A stretch of DNA of 32,000 bases from Acinetobacter wanghuae (GTDB lineage Bacteria; Pseudomonadota; Gammaproteobacteria; Pseudomonadales; Moraxellaceae): contig NZ_CP045650.1 of NCBI RefSeq assembly GCF_009557235.1, forward strand, positions 2,700,001 through 2,732,000, read 5' to 3'. A model generated the notes under the pieces. The model was not told where the DNA came from. It worked only from the letters and a program-made list of their open reading frames with translations, and did no database searches. The translations under genes were made by a program, and so were the position numbers. Below, piece after piece: positions 1 to 10,015 of the stretch (its first letter is position 1; every line of letters starts with the position of its first letter).

Positions 1-14
1 ATTAGGAGCTCAGC

Positions 15-749
15 ATGGCCGCTATTCAGACTCGCGAAATTCAATATACCGCTCAAGATGGTCAAACACTCATTGGCTATTTTGCTGCACCCGCAGATAC
101 CCAACCTGTTGCAGGTATCTTGGTTGCACCAGAATGGTGGGGACGTAACGAATATACTGAACAGCGTGCACGTGAACTTGCTGAGCATGGCTATGCTGCC
201 CTTGCCATTGATATGTATGGTGATAAAAAAGTCACAACAGACTCACAACAAGCTTATGCATGGATGATGCAAACCTTTGAATCTAGCAATACCATTGTGA
301 ATCGTGCGACTGCGGCACTCGATATTTTAAAATTACAAGCAGAAGTCGATGGCAATAAATTGGCTGCAATTGGTTTCTGTTATGGCGGTAAAGTGGTGTT
401 AGATTTAGCACGTGCAAATGCTCCGCTTCAAGCCGTTGCCACTTTCCACGCCAATCTATCAACGGCAACCCCTGCTCAAGTCGGTCAAGTACAAGCTGAA
501 ATTTTAGTCCTACATGGCGAGCTTGATAGCATGGTCAGCTTAGACGATGTTGCCAAATTCCGTGAAGAAATGCACGCTGCACAAGTTGCGCATGAAGTGA
601 TTGTCTTTGAAGATGCCAAACATGGCTTTAGTAATCCTCTTGCCGACGAACGCGCCAAAGCCAATGGTGTTGACCTCGGCTATAACGCAGATGCAGAACA
701 AAAAAGTTTAGCTGCCATGTATGAGCTTTTAGCTGAACGTCTCGCTTAA
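15..749 (+). CDS. dienelactone hydrolase family protein (alpha/beta hydrolase)
   Basis: 244-aa ORF with AGGAG at 4-8 upstream of the ATG. Carries the dienelactone-hydrolase nucleophile motif GFCYGG and a C-terminal FEDAKHGF histidine segment. Confidence 0.85.
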   Translation: MAAIQTREIQYTAQDGQTLIGYFAAPADTQPVAGILVAPEWWGRNEYTEQRARELAEHGYAALAIDMYGDKKVTTDSQQAYAWMMQTFESSNTIVNRATAALDILKLQAEVDGNKLAAIGFCYGGKVVLDLARANAPLQAVATFHANLSTATPAQVGQVQAEILVLHGELDSMVSLDDVAKFREEMHAAQVAHEVIVFEDAKHGFSNPLADERAKANGVDLGYNADAEQKSLAAMYELLAERLA

Positions 750-818
750 AGCGATTGAAAAATACAAATATACAGATGGGTTAACAGATATGAATAATAG
801 TGAAAGAGGAAGATAAAA

Positions 819-1178
819 ATGACTGAACATAACTGTCTATATTGCGATTTTGATGAATATGACGTGATCGCAAAAAATGATTTTGGTGTCATTATTGCTG
901 AACCGCATCCATTATCCAAAGGGCATAGTGTCATTGTCCCTTTACGTCATATCGCATCCTTTTTTGAGATTAGTGACAAAGAGCGAAAAGCCATGATGTC
1001 CCTGTTAGAACAAGCGCGTAATGAACTGCAATTGCGTCATCAACCTGCGGGCTTCCATGTCGGTTTTAATGATGGTGAGGTGTTTAAATCTAAATCTGAA
1101 CATCTCCATATTCATATTATTCCGCGCTATGAAAATCAAACCCTCAAACTTGATCAACGCTGGGGCATTGAAGATTAA
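819..1178 (+). CDS. HIT (histidine triad) family protein
   Basis: 119-aa ORF with GAGGAAG SD 6 nt upstream. Histidine-triad motif HLHIHIIP near the C-terminus. Confidence 0.85.
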   Translation: MTEHNCLYCDFDEYDVIAKNDFGVIIAEPHPLSKGHSVIVPLRHIASFFEISDKERKAMMSLLEQARNELQLRHQPAGFHVGFNDGEVFKSKSEHLHIHIIPRYENQTLKLDQRWGIED

Positions 1179-1197
1179 GCAGAGCTAACCCCATTAA

Positions 1198-1227
1198 AGA
1201 GTGAATGATTTGTATGTCATTCACTCT
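1198..1227 (+). terminator. possible terminator hairpin after the HIT gene
   Basis: Perfect 11-bp inverted repeat AGAGTGAATGA/TCATTCACTCT with an 8-nt loop, 20 nt after the stop codon. Only a weak T-run (GCTATTT) follows, so termination efficiency is uncertain. Confidence 0.4.
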
Positions 1228-1295
1228 GCTATTTACAATTCCCTACCCTCTGCTTTATCCACTTTTCACATTTCTCTCGCTTTGATTCCGCTATA

Positions 1296-2357
1296 ATGAT
1301 CGACTCATTTCACGGTCTTGTTGGCTCCATGTTTGTATTTTCAGATGCCCTTTTAGCTTGGTTCGATGTTCATGGTCGCCACGATTTACCATGGCAAGTT
1401 GCCGATGATCCTTATAAAGTTTGGGTCTCTGAAATCATGTTGCAACAAACCCAAGTCAAAACTGTACTGCAATATTTTGACCGTTTTATGCAGCGTTTTC
1501 CGACCGTACATGACTTAGGTACAGCATCTTGGGATGATGTCGCGCCTTATTGGGCAGGACTCGGTTATTACGCACGTGCACGCAACTTGCATAAAGCAGC
1601 AGGCATTGTGGCAGCACGAGGTCATTTCCCACAAACATTGGAAGAATGGATTGAATTGCCCGGAATTGGTCCATCGACAGCGGGTGCGCTGATGTCTCTA
1701 GGGCTACGAAAATACGGCGTCATTATGGATGGCAATGTGAAACGTGTGCTGTCTCGTTTCTTTGCCATTGAAGATGACCTAAGTAAACCTATGCATGAAC
1801 GTGCCATGTGGGAACTAGCAAAAAGCCTGTGTCCAAGCGAACGTAACCATGATTACACTCAAGCGATTATGGACTTGGGTGCCACGATTTGTACGCCCAA
1901 AAAACCATTATGCTTGTATTGTCCGATGCAAGCTGAATGTAAGGCCCATGCACAAGGCTTGGAAAATGAGCTCCCGTTTAAAAAAGCCAAAAAGCCTGTG
2001 CCTGTACGTTCTGCTCAAGTGTTAGTGATCCAATGCGGTGACAATTGGTTATGGCAACAACGTCCAAATAGTGGCTTGTGGGGCGGATTATGGTGCTTAC
2101 CGATTATTGATGAACCAAGCGAATTTGAGCACCGTTGCCAAACTTTAGGACTGAAAAAAGTCGTGCAAAAAGTCAATATTTCACATAGTTTCACCCATTT
2201 CACATGGCAACTTGAAGCCTTTGTCTTTCACATTGATCCAGATCAGCAAGAGCATTTAGCAATTGAACTCAATGGCAGCTGGATGAATCCGAATTTAGCA
2301 GTTGAGTCGGGCATTCCAACGGCAATGAAAAAATTGATTTCAAGCTTAAGCCTGTGA
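1296..2357 (+). CDS. mutY: A/G-specific adenine DNA glycosylase MutY
   Basis: HhH-GPD segment LPGIGPSTAGA, Fe-S cluster loop C-X6-C-X2-C-X5-C (CTPKKPLCLYCPMQAEC) and a C-terminal NUDIX-like domain. The ATG at 1296 overlaps a TATAAT hexamer (1292-1297). The in-frame ATG at 1329 (MFVFSDALLAWF...) aligns better with the MutY N-terminus and may be the true start. Confidence 0.9.
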   Translation: MIDSFHGLVGSMFVFSDALLAWFDVHGRHDLPWQVADDPYKVWVSEIMLQQTQVKTVLQYFDRFMQRFPTVHDLGTASWDDVAPYWAGLGYYARARNLHKAAGIVAARGHFPQTLEEWIELPGIGPSTAGALMSLGLRKYGVIMDGNVKRVLSRFFAIEDDLSKPMHERAMWELAKSLCPSERNHDYTQAIMDLGATICTPKKPLCLYCPMQAECKAHAQGLENELPFKKAKKPVPVRSAQVLVIQCGDNWLWQQRPNSGLWGGLWCLPIIDEPSEFEHRCQTLGLKKVVQKVNISHSFTHFTWQLEAFVFHIDPDQQEHLAIELNGSWMNPNLAVESGIPTAMKKLISSLSL

Positions 2358-2398
2358 CATATTTAAGGTTCTAATGTAGGAATAATCTGTCTTTCAGG

Positions 2399-2950
2399 AT
2401 GAAAAATTTATTCAATATTTGCCGTGTGATTGCACTCAGCTTATGCGCAATTTTGGTTGCAAGTTGTAGCTCTGCGCCCAAACAAACTAGCCCGATTGTC
2501 TTGCCAACAGCGCAAGTTGAAAAACTAAAGAAAATGAAATTGCCTAATAAATTGCCCATTCCGGTCGATGGTGTGAAAGCCAAAAAACTCCTTGATACTT
2601 GGGGTGCATCACGCAGCAGTGGGCGTCTACATGAAGGTATTGATATTATGGCTCCACGTGGAACAAAAGTGCTGAGCGCGACTGAAGGATTGGTTTCGGA
2701 CTTACGCGATAACAATTTGGGTGGTAAAGTGATATGGATACTCGGCCCTGCGGGCACTTGGCATTATTACGCACATTTGGATGCACATAAACGTGGTCTG
2801 AAAGTCGGTGATTACGTCAAAGCAGGTGATTTAATTGGGTATGTGGGCAATACTGGCAATGCGCGTCATACCGCACCGCATTTACATTATGGTCTTTATT
2901 TACAGGCTAAGGGTCGCGGTGCGACAAATCCTTATCCTTATTTACGTTAG
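2399..2950 (+). CDS. M23 family metallopeptidase, lipoprotein
   Basis: Signal peptide with lipobox LVASC. M23 zinc motifs HEGIDI (HxxxD) and HLHYG (HxH). Confidence 0.85.
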   Translation: MKNLFNICRVIALSLCAILVASCSSAPKQTSPIVLPTAQVEKLKKMKLPNKLPIPVDGVKAKKLLDTWGASRSSGRLHEGIDIMAPRGTKVLSATEGLVSDLRDNNLGGKVIWILGPAGTWHYYAHLDAHKRGLKVGDYVKAGDLIGYVGNTGNARHTAPHLHYGLYLQAKGRGATNPYPYLR

Positions 2951-2965
2951 TTTTAGGATATTTTC

Positions 2966-3211
2966 ATGTCAGAAGCGTTGATCAATCGCTTGGTCGAATT
3001 TGCTGAATCAGGCAATCAACAAAAAATCATACTCAATGGTCAAACTTACCAAGGTTGGATCATGGAAATTACCGAAGATGCACTGCTCATCAGCACAGGT
3101 TATGCGGATAAATCGGGAACAGACAGCTGGATTCAATTTGCCGATATTTCACAAGCAAACTTAAGCTATTGGGATACACAACAAGATCAGTGGACGACAT
3201 TTACACTGTAA
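2966..3211 (+). CDS. hypothetical small acidic cytoplasmic protein (81 aa)
   Basis: ORF with AGGA SD 7 nt upstream, lying 15 nt after the M23 gene and 16 nt before tag. No signal peptide or TM segment, and I recognise no family. Confidence 0.5.
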   Translation: MSEALINRLVEFAESGNQQKIILNGQTYQGWIMEITEDALLISTGYADKSGTDSWIQFADISQANLSYWDTQQDQWTTFTL

Positions 3212-3227
3212 ACATCAAGGAGCACTG

Positions 3228-3803
3228 ATGACCATTCAACGCTGTGGCTGGTGCTCTAATGATCCGCTTTATATTGCCTATCATGATCAAGAATGGGGCA
3301 AAGCTCTTCATGATGAATCTGCCCTGTTTGAAATGCTCTGTCTTGAAGGTCAGCAAGCGGGTTTATCATGGATTACGGTGCTGAAAAAACGTGAATGTTA
3401 TCGACAACATTTTTTCCAATACTCGATTGAAAGCATTGCAGCATTCACTGATGATGAGCTGCAAGCCAAATGCCAAGATGCAGGATTAATCCGTCATATC
3501 GGTAAACTCAAAGCCATTCGAGCCAATGCGATGGCTTGGCAAACATTAAAACAACAAAAGATTAATGTCGTAAATTGGTTATGGGCTTTTGCACCTCAGC
3601 CGCCATACAATCATAATATTCCTGATTATCGTGAAGCTGCGACAGAAACACACGAAAGCCGTTTCATGTCCAAAACCTTGAAAAAAGCAGGATTTAAATT
3701 CGTTGGTCCCACCATTTGTTATGCATTTATGCAAGCGGTCGGCATGGTCAATGATCATGAAAATCACTGCCACTTTAAGAACCTTATCTCCCCTACTTCA
3801 TAA
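3228..3803 (+). CDS. tag: DNA-3-methyladenine glycosylase I
   Basis: AAGGAG SD. N-terminal CGWC...DPLYIAYHDQEWG signature typical of Tag, and the length (191 aa) fits. Confidence 0.9.
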   Translation: MTIQRCGWCSNDPLYIAYHDQEWGKALHDESALFEMLCLEGQQAGLSWITVLKKRECYRQHFFQYSIESIAAFTDDELQAKCQDAGLIRHIGKLKAIRANAMAWQTLKQQKINVVNWLWAFAPQPPYNHNIPDYREAATETHESRFMSKTLKKAGFKFVGPTICYAFMQAVGMVNDHENHCHFKNLISPTS

Positions 3804-3816
3804 GAGCTAGAAAATT

Positions 3817-4839
3817 ATGTCAACTCATACCGTTCATGCTTATGCTGCGATGTCTGCTGGTGCAGCCCTTGAGCCCTATCAATTTGATGCGGGTGAACTA
3901 AAATCTCACGAAGTTGAAGTTAAAGTCGAATATTGCGGTCTGTGTCATTCCGATTTATCGGTTATTCAAAATGATTGGGGTGTATCAAGCTATCCTGTCA
4001 TTGCGGGTCATGAAATTATTGGCACAGTGACTGCACTCGGTTCAGAAGCCAAAGGCTTGAAACTCGGTCAACGTGTAGGTATTGGTTGGACAGCCGATAG
4101 CTGTCAGCACTGTGAGCCATGTTTAGATGGTCGCCAAGTCCAATGCGCGACAGGTTCAACACCGACGATTATTGGTCATGCCGGTGGTTTTGCAGATAAA
4201 GTCCGTGCTGCATGGCAATGGGCAATTCCACTTCCTGATGATTTAGCACCTGAAAGTGCAGGTCCCCTATTGTGTGGTGGGATTACGGTATTTACGCCAA
4301 TTTTACAGCATCAAATTCAAGCGATTCATCATGTTGGTGTGATTGGCATTGGTGGTCTTGGGCACATTGCAATCAAACTGCTCAAAGCTTGGGGCTGCGA
4401 AATTACAGCGTTCACTTCAAATTTGGATAAAACTGAAGAATTGAAAGCCATGGGCGCAGATCATGTCGTCAATAGCCGTGATAGCGCTGCAATGAAACAA
4501 CTTAAAAATAGTTTTGATTTATTGCTTTCAACCGTCAATGTGACTTTAGATTGGCCAATGCTGATGAATACTTTAGCGCCAAATGGTCAATTACATATGG
4601 TCGGCTTACCGCTCGAACCGATGCAAATTTCAGCAGGCTCACTGATTGGTTTATCACGTGGTGTGACCGGTTCAGCAACCGGTTCACCTGCAACCTTAGC
4701 GCAACTGCTTAAGTTTGCTGCGCGTAAGAACATTGCACCGCAAGTGGAAATCTATCCGATGTCACACATCAATGAAGCAATTGAGCGCCTACATTCGGGC
4801 AAAGCGCGCTATCGTATTGTGCTTAAAGCGGACTTTTAA
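3817..4839 (+). CDS. zinc-dependent NAD(P)-dependent alcohol dehydrogenase (YahK/cinnamyl-alcohol-dehydrogenase-like)
   Basis: Catalytic zinc motifs GLCHSDL and GHEIIG, structural-zinc Cys cluster CQHCEPCLDGRQVQC and Rossmann motif GIGGLGH. Confidence 0.9.
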   Translation: MSTHTVHAYAAMSAGAALEPYQFDAGELKSHEVEVKVEYCGLCHSDLSVIQNDWGVSSYPVIAGHEIIGTVTALGSEAKGLKLGQRVGIGWTADSCQHCEPCLDGRQVQCATGSTPTIIGHAGGFADKVRAAWQWAIPLPDDLAPESAGPLLCGGITVFTPILQHQIQAIHHVGVIGIGGLGHIAIKLLKAWGCEITAFTSNLDKTEELKAMGADHVVNSRDSAAMKQLKNSFDLLLSTVNVTLDWPMLMNTLAPNGQLHMVGLPLEPMQISAGSLIGLSRGVTGSATGSPATLAQLLKFAARKNIAPQVEIYPMSHINEAIERLHSGKARYRIVLKADF

Positions 4840-4842
4840 GCT

Positions 4843-6276
4843 TTAATTGATTTGCTGTTTTACCCAGTCTGCCAAGCACTGAATTGCTTGGCAGATGTCC
4901 TCTGATAATTCATGCCCCGCATTGAATCGCACGCAATTGTTATAACGTGCCTCCTCGCCAAATAACATACCGGGCACAATATTAATCCCCTGTTGCTGCG
5001 CAAAAGTATACATAGCAAGGCTGTCGATAGATTCAGGCATTTGAATCCAAAGGACATATCCACCCATCGGCTGATTAATTCTGATATCTACGCCCATAAA
5101 GGCTTGATGAATAAAAATTCGATAATCTTGCAGTTGTTTTTTTAAGATCGGTTTCAACTGATTTAAATGTTGCCGATAGGCACGACTATGAATTAAATCT
5201 GTGAGTCCCAATTGTAATGGCGTATTCACCGACACATTTTGCAGCATGAATTGTGGGTGCAGATATTTCAAACGTTCAGGTAAGCAAAACCAGCCAACAC
5301 GATAGGCAGATGACAATGACTTTGACACTGAACCGCAATACACCACATAACCCGCTTGATCCCAATATTGAATCGGCAAAGGTCGCTGCGGCTCATGGCT
5401 GCATTCTGCATAAATATCATCTTCAATAACCACACATTGATATTTCGCGGCCAGTTGCGCGATTTTTTCTTTATCTTCATGGCTTAAGCAAAAACCCAGA
5501 GGATTTTGATAATTTGCAGTCAATAAACAGGCTTTGGCATTGGGTTGCTGCATGGCATGTTCCAATCGAGCCAAATCAAAGCCTTGAGTATTGGCAGGAA
5601 TTTCAATGATCTTGCGCTTCAACAATGCCAAGAGTTGCAACTGACCATTATAATTTGGGGTTGGTACAATCACGGCATCATCGACATGAGTCAGATTTTG
5701 TAACAACACCGATAAGGCCGGCATACAGCCATTACTAATATAAATGTGAGAACTGGCAATAAAAAAGCCATCCTCTGCCCAATGTTCAGACAAGGCTTGG
5801 CGTAAACTCAAATGCCCTTGGCGATCGCTATATAAAAAGTCCTCAGGCTTGGCATGTTTTAAGGCTCTTTGCACCGAACGACGCAAAGCTTGGATCGGAA
5901 TAAGATTGGGTGACAATTGAATTGAACCGAGTTGAATCAGTCGACTGTCAATCGCGGCATTTTGGATTTGAATTTGTAGTTCTAAATTTGAGACTTGCCG
6001 TGCCGATGCCTGAAAATCTGGATGCTGCGGTAATGCAAGCTCAGGCTGAGCGACTCGAGCTTTCACAAAATAACCAATTTTTTCCTTCGCTTCGATCCAT
6101 CCTTGTGCTTCAAGTAAGGCATAACAGCTTTTGACTGTATTGAGACTGACCTGATGTTGCAACGCAAGTTGGCGAATTGAACAGAGTCGTTGCCCCTGAA
6201 CCAATTCCCCTGCTCGTATCTTTTCTGCAAGGCTATAAGCAAGAAGTTGATACTCGAATTGAAGTGCTGTACCCAT
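4843..6276 (-). CDS. MocR/GntR-family PLP-dependent transcriptional regulator
   Basis: N-terminal GntR winged-HTH (SIRQLALQHQVSLNTVKSCYALLEAQGWI) fused to a class-I aminotransferase-like domain. The domain has a candidate PLP-lysine segment SVSKSL. Confidence 0.85.
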   Translation of the reverse strand: MGTALQFEYQLLAYSLAEKIRAGELVQGQRLCSIRQLALQHQVSLNTVKSCYALLEAQGWIEAKEKIGYFVKARVAQPELALPQHPDFQASARQVSNLELQIQIQNAAIDSRLIQLGSIQLSPNLIPIQALRRSVQRALKHAKPEDFLYSDRQGHLSLRQALSEHWAEDGFFIASSHIYISNGCMPALSVLLQNLTHVDDAVIVPTPNYNGQLQLLALLKRKIIEIPANTQGFDLARLEHAMQQPNAKACLLTANYQNPLGFCLSHEDKEKIAQLAAKYQCVVIEDDIYAECSHEPQRPLPIQYWDQAGYVVYCGSVSKSLSSAYRVGWFCLPERLKYLHPQFMLQNVSVNTPLQLGLTDLIHSRAYRQHLNQLKPILKKQLQDYRIFIHQAFMGVDIRINQPMGGYVLWIQMPESIDSLAMYTFAQQQGINIVPGMLFGEEARYNNCVRFNAGHELSEDICQAIQCLADWVKQQIN

Positions 6277-6365
6277 TTTTTAAATTTTCTTGTAGCTGTA
6301 CCCAACAGCCTAACAAATTTAAGCTCTTCTCCATACAAGAAAAGATAAAATCTGAGGGGAAACAC

Positions 6366-6770
6366 ATGAATCTGTATATAAAAGTGATGGGATTAATACT
6401 GATCTGTACTTTAACAGCTTGCCAAAATGAGACTGAAAAAGCAGTCAATGCACAACAACATTTTATGTGTAAAGCGCTCATTCAAGGCTTTTTAAGCACA
6501 CAGCATTTAACGGACTATGAACTTAATCTTGAAGATCATCATCCGTTAAAGACACAATTAAATTACACTGCACAACGGAAAAGTGCACAACGCTTGATGC
6601 CACAACCCAAACAACTTCAGTTCAACTGCATTCAAGGTGATAATGCCAAAGTTCAGCTCCATTTAGTCGATCCAACACAAGCTCAAGCCCATGTCGTGCT
6701 GAGTCTCAATATACCCAAAGCAATCGATATTAAACGTCTAACGGCTTATCAACTCCCAGCCCAGCCTTAA
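6366..6770 (+). CDS. hypothetical lipoprotein (134 aa)
   Basis: The ORF-track frame opens at 6177 but overlaps the MocR 5' end. The internal ATG at 6366 follows GAGGGGA and gives a signal peptide with lipobox LTAC. Confidence 0.6.
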   Translation: MNLYIKVMGLILICTLTACQNETEKAVNAQQHFMCKALIQGFLSTQHLTDYELNLEDHHPLKTQLNYTAQRKSAQRLMPQPKQLQFNCIQGDNAKVQLHLVDPTQAQAHVVLSLNIPKAIDIKRLTAYQLPAQP

Positions 6771-6790
6771 TTGGATGCCCAATTTTATTT
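6769..6790. terminator. short hairpin shared by two convergent genes
   Basis: AATTGG-ATGC-CCAATT (6-bp stem, 4-nt loop) followed by TTATTTT. It overlaps both stop codons (6768-6770 on + and 6785-6787 on -). Confidence 0.4.
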
Positions 6791-7429
6791 TAAAGCCTCT
6801 GGTAAGGGTGAATATTGGGTTTGCTCACTGAGTTGAATTTTCATTTTTTGTAGCATTTGATAAGGCTGTTGCTGCACGAACATGTTTACAAAAGTAAGCG
6901 GAATCGAGCCTTCGGGATTGGCATAACCGTAGGTCGAGACTTTGACTTTATTGGGTGCTAATTTTTGGAAGTTCCAATCCCCTTCATAATGGGTTAGTCG
7001 CACATACTTTGGATTCAGTGGATAGCCATTTTTAATGGCTTTATTCTTAATGGTCACTTGACCATTGGCTTCTTTAATCATTTTACCTTGCACGACCAAA
7101 TCACGGTCTTTTAAGGGAAATGGAAAATCAAGCACCATATATAAAGTGAAATCACCCTTTTTATCATCACGGGAAAGCACTTTAACACTGCCCATATACG
7201 GCACCCATTTCACTGCATTATCAATATCTAAAATGAGCGATACGGCATGCTCTAAAGGATGGTTATAGGTGGTTTCAGCTTTGTATAAAAAGACGGGATT
7301 CTTTTCATTTTGAAAGGTCCATACCTTAATATTGTTTTTATTGAGACTAAGTTTTGCCTTATCAATCGAGTAAGCATGCACTGTGGCAGAAAGCGCCACA
7401 GCACAAACCATAAATATGACTTTTTTCAT
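6785..7429 (-). CDS. secreted START/SRPBCC-like lipid-binding domain protein
   Basis: N-terminal signal peptide (MKKVIFMVCAVALSATVHA). The body carries a bacterial START-domain pattern (W..P....V......D...Y......P.P...RD.V ... G.W.F). Confidence 0.6.
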   Translation of the reverse strand: MKKVIFMVCAVALSATVHAYSIDKAKLSLNKNNIKVWTFQNEKNPVFLYKAETTYNHPLEHAVSLILDIDNAVKWVPYMGSVKVLSRDDKKGDFTLYMVLDFPFPLKDRDLVVQGKMIKEANGQVTIKNKAIKNGYPLNPKYVRLTHYEGDWNFQKLAPNKVKVSTYGYANPEGSIPLTFVNMFVQQQPYQMLQKMKIQLSEQTQYSPLPEALK

Positions 7430-7485
7430 TCCATTGTCGTCTTATTTTAGTTTTAACTATTGTTATAGCGGATTTTACTGAAAGT

Positions 7486-8376
<891 letters not shown>

Positions 8377-8510
8377 TCAGAGAAAAATCAATGAAAAGAT
8401 TTTAAGAGTGTCATGAGCGATTTTGATATGTCGTCCATCTCAAGCATTTCATGTCTAAACAGGTTTAGAGCAATGTCTGATATCACACTTCATCTACTTG
8501 TTTGAAAATA

Positions 8511-9437
8511 TTAAAAGATGTTATCCCAATACGGGGTTTCTCCAATTTCATTCAAGATAAAATCAATCACGGTTCTCACTTTTTGTGAACGAATTCTATT
8601 TTCTGGCGAGACCAAATGAATGGCTGCAGCATGAGGATCGACGGTCGCTGTCCAATTGGGCAGTAGTGGCATCAGCTTTTTCTGTTTAAAGCTGTGCTTG
8701 TCAAAGATCCACGTCGGAAACAATACAATACCGCGTCCTTCTAAGGCAGCACTAACCAAGACTTCTGCATGATTACTCCTCAGTGCACCTTGCGGCTCTA
8801 ATACAATAGGCTTGTCATCTGAGCCCTGACGGAAATACCAACGTTGATTCCCTGAGAGTCCCTTATAGACCAGACATATATGTTTTTGTAGATCTTGTGG
8901 CGTTTCAGGTCTGCCATATTTTTTAAGATATTCAGGACTGGCACATAACACATATTGCTGATCACAAACTTTTCTTGAAATTAAAGCGGAATTCTGCAAC
9001 GCGCCAATACGTATGACAATGTCTACTCCCTCTTGTACAGGATCTATAAAGCTATCTGTGAGGATCAATTCCACTGACAGATCAGGATATTTCTCTTGCA
9101 GTTTATTGATCATGCCAGAAATGTGCAGCCGACCCAGTGCAACCGCTGTATTTACACGGACTAATCCTTTGACACTAGACGCTTTACCTGTGACCTGTTC
9201 ATTGGCAATATCAAGCGTATCGAGAACATCTCGAATTTGAACATAATATTTCTCACCAACCTCTGTCAGTCGCACGGAGCGTGTATTGCGATAAAAAAGT
9301 TGCTGTCCGAGTTCTTGTTCAAGTGCTGATATGAATCTAGACACGGACGAAGGAGGCACTTGAAAGTGCTTCGCTGTTGCCGCAAAACTGCCTGTGGTTG
9401 CGACCATTGCAAAATAACGTAATGCATTAAGCTGCAT
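8511..9437 (-). CDS. LysR family transcriptional regulator
   Basis: N-terminal LysR HTH (LRYFAMVATTGSFAATAKHFQVPPSSVSRFISALE) plus a C-terminal substrate-binding domain. Divergent from the DUF606 pair. Confidence 0.85.
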   Translation of the reverse strand: MQLNALRYFAMVATTGSFAATAKHFQVPPSSVSRFISALEQELGQQLFYRNTRSVRLTEVGEKYYVQIRDVLDTLDIANEQVTGKASSVKGLVRVNTAVALGRLHISGMINKLQEKYPDLSVELILTDSFIDPVQEGVDIVIRIGALQNSALISRKVCDQQYVLCASPEYLKKYGRPETPQDLQKHICLVYKGLSGNQRWYFRQGSDDKPIVLEPQGALRSNHAEVLVSAALEGRGIVLFPTWIFDKHSFKQKKLMPLLPNWTATVDPHAAAIHLVSPENRIRSQKVRTVIDFILNEIGETPYWDNIF

Positions 9438-9513
9438 ACTGATTTGTTTCCCTTTATGAATATTAAAAGCTGCATTGTTGCCAATATCACAATTATGTTT
9501 TGATTAATGGCTC

Positions 9514-9535
9514 AATTGTGGCTTTTTAAACAATT
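9514..9535. promoter_or_regulatory. interrupted dyad, candidate LysR-type binding site
   Basis: AATTGT-N10-ACAATT perfect inverted repeat in the 137-bp divergent intergenic region between the LysR gene and the first DUF606 gene. Confidence 0.3.
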
Positions 9536-9574
9536 ACCTACAATCGCGACTTAATTTTCCAAATCAAATCATCT

Positions 9575-10003
9575 ATGAAGCAGTTATGGATCTTTCCATT
9601 CGTTGTGCTCGCCGGTATGGGGCTGTCTGTTGAGGCGGGTCTGCTTGGACCACTCGGTGAAGAAATCGGGCATATGTGGGCGACTTTAGGCATTTTTGCT
9701 GTCGGTTCACTTTTACTGACCTTTGGTCTTATTTTTGGACGTCCCCGGCTTGGTCTCATGTTCAAACAACCACGCTGGCAACTGACAGGGGGCATATTAG
9801 GCCCAATCTATGTCATTGCTTTAACTATAGCTACACCTCATATCGGCGTCGGTTTGACGATGGTCGGCATCTTATTGGGTCAAATTGCCACAAGTCTGGT
9901 GATTGATCATTGGGGCTTATTGGGTAGTCGTAAACGACGTGTAGATCAGTATCGCATTGCTGCACTTATCGCTGTTTTAGCTGCACTTTGGCTTATTCAA
10001 TAA
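9575..10003 (+). CDS. DMT-superfamily half-size transporter (DUF606/YdcZ-like), subunit 1
   Basis: 142-aa polytopic membrane protein. It shares positionally equivalent motifs PRWQLTG and LVIDHWG with the downstream paralogue. Confidence 0.7.
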   Translation: MKQLWIFPFVVLAGMGLSVEAGLLGPLGEEIGHMWATLGIFAVGSLLLTFGLIFGRPRLGLMFKQPRWQLTGGILGPIYVIALTIATPHIGVGLTMVGILLGQIATSLVIDHWGLLGSRKRRVDQYRIAALIAVLAALWLIQ

Positions 10004-10015
10004 AGAGGATTTCCA

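Noticed and set aside
2371-2757. 128-aa minus-strand ORF overlapping the M23 peptidase gene
   Set aside because: It is a shadow ORF with no SD and no motifs. The opposite-strand M23 gene has a lipobox and catalytic motifs.
6287-6341. 8-bp inverted repeat TTCTTGTA/TACAAGAA as a definite MocR operator
   Set aside because: The arms are 39 bp apart in AT-rich DNA, so a chance occurrence is plausible. It is mentioned only as a lead under the MocR finding, not called as a feature.
8455-8480. TCTAAAC-AG-GTTTAGA hairpin upstream of dapB as a terminator for the LysR gene
   Set aside because: A 2-nt loop is sterically implausible and there is no U-tract, so it is likely incidental.
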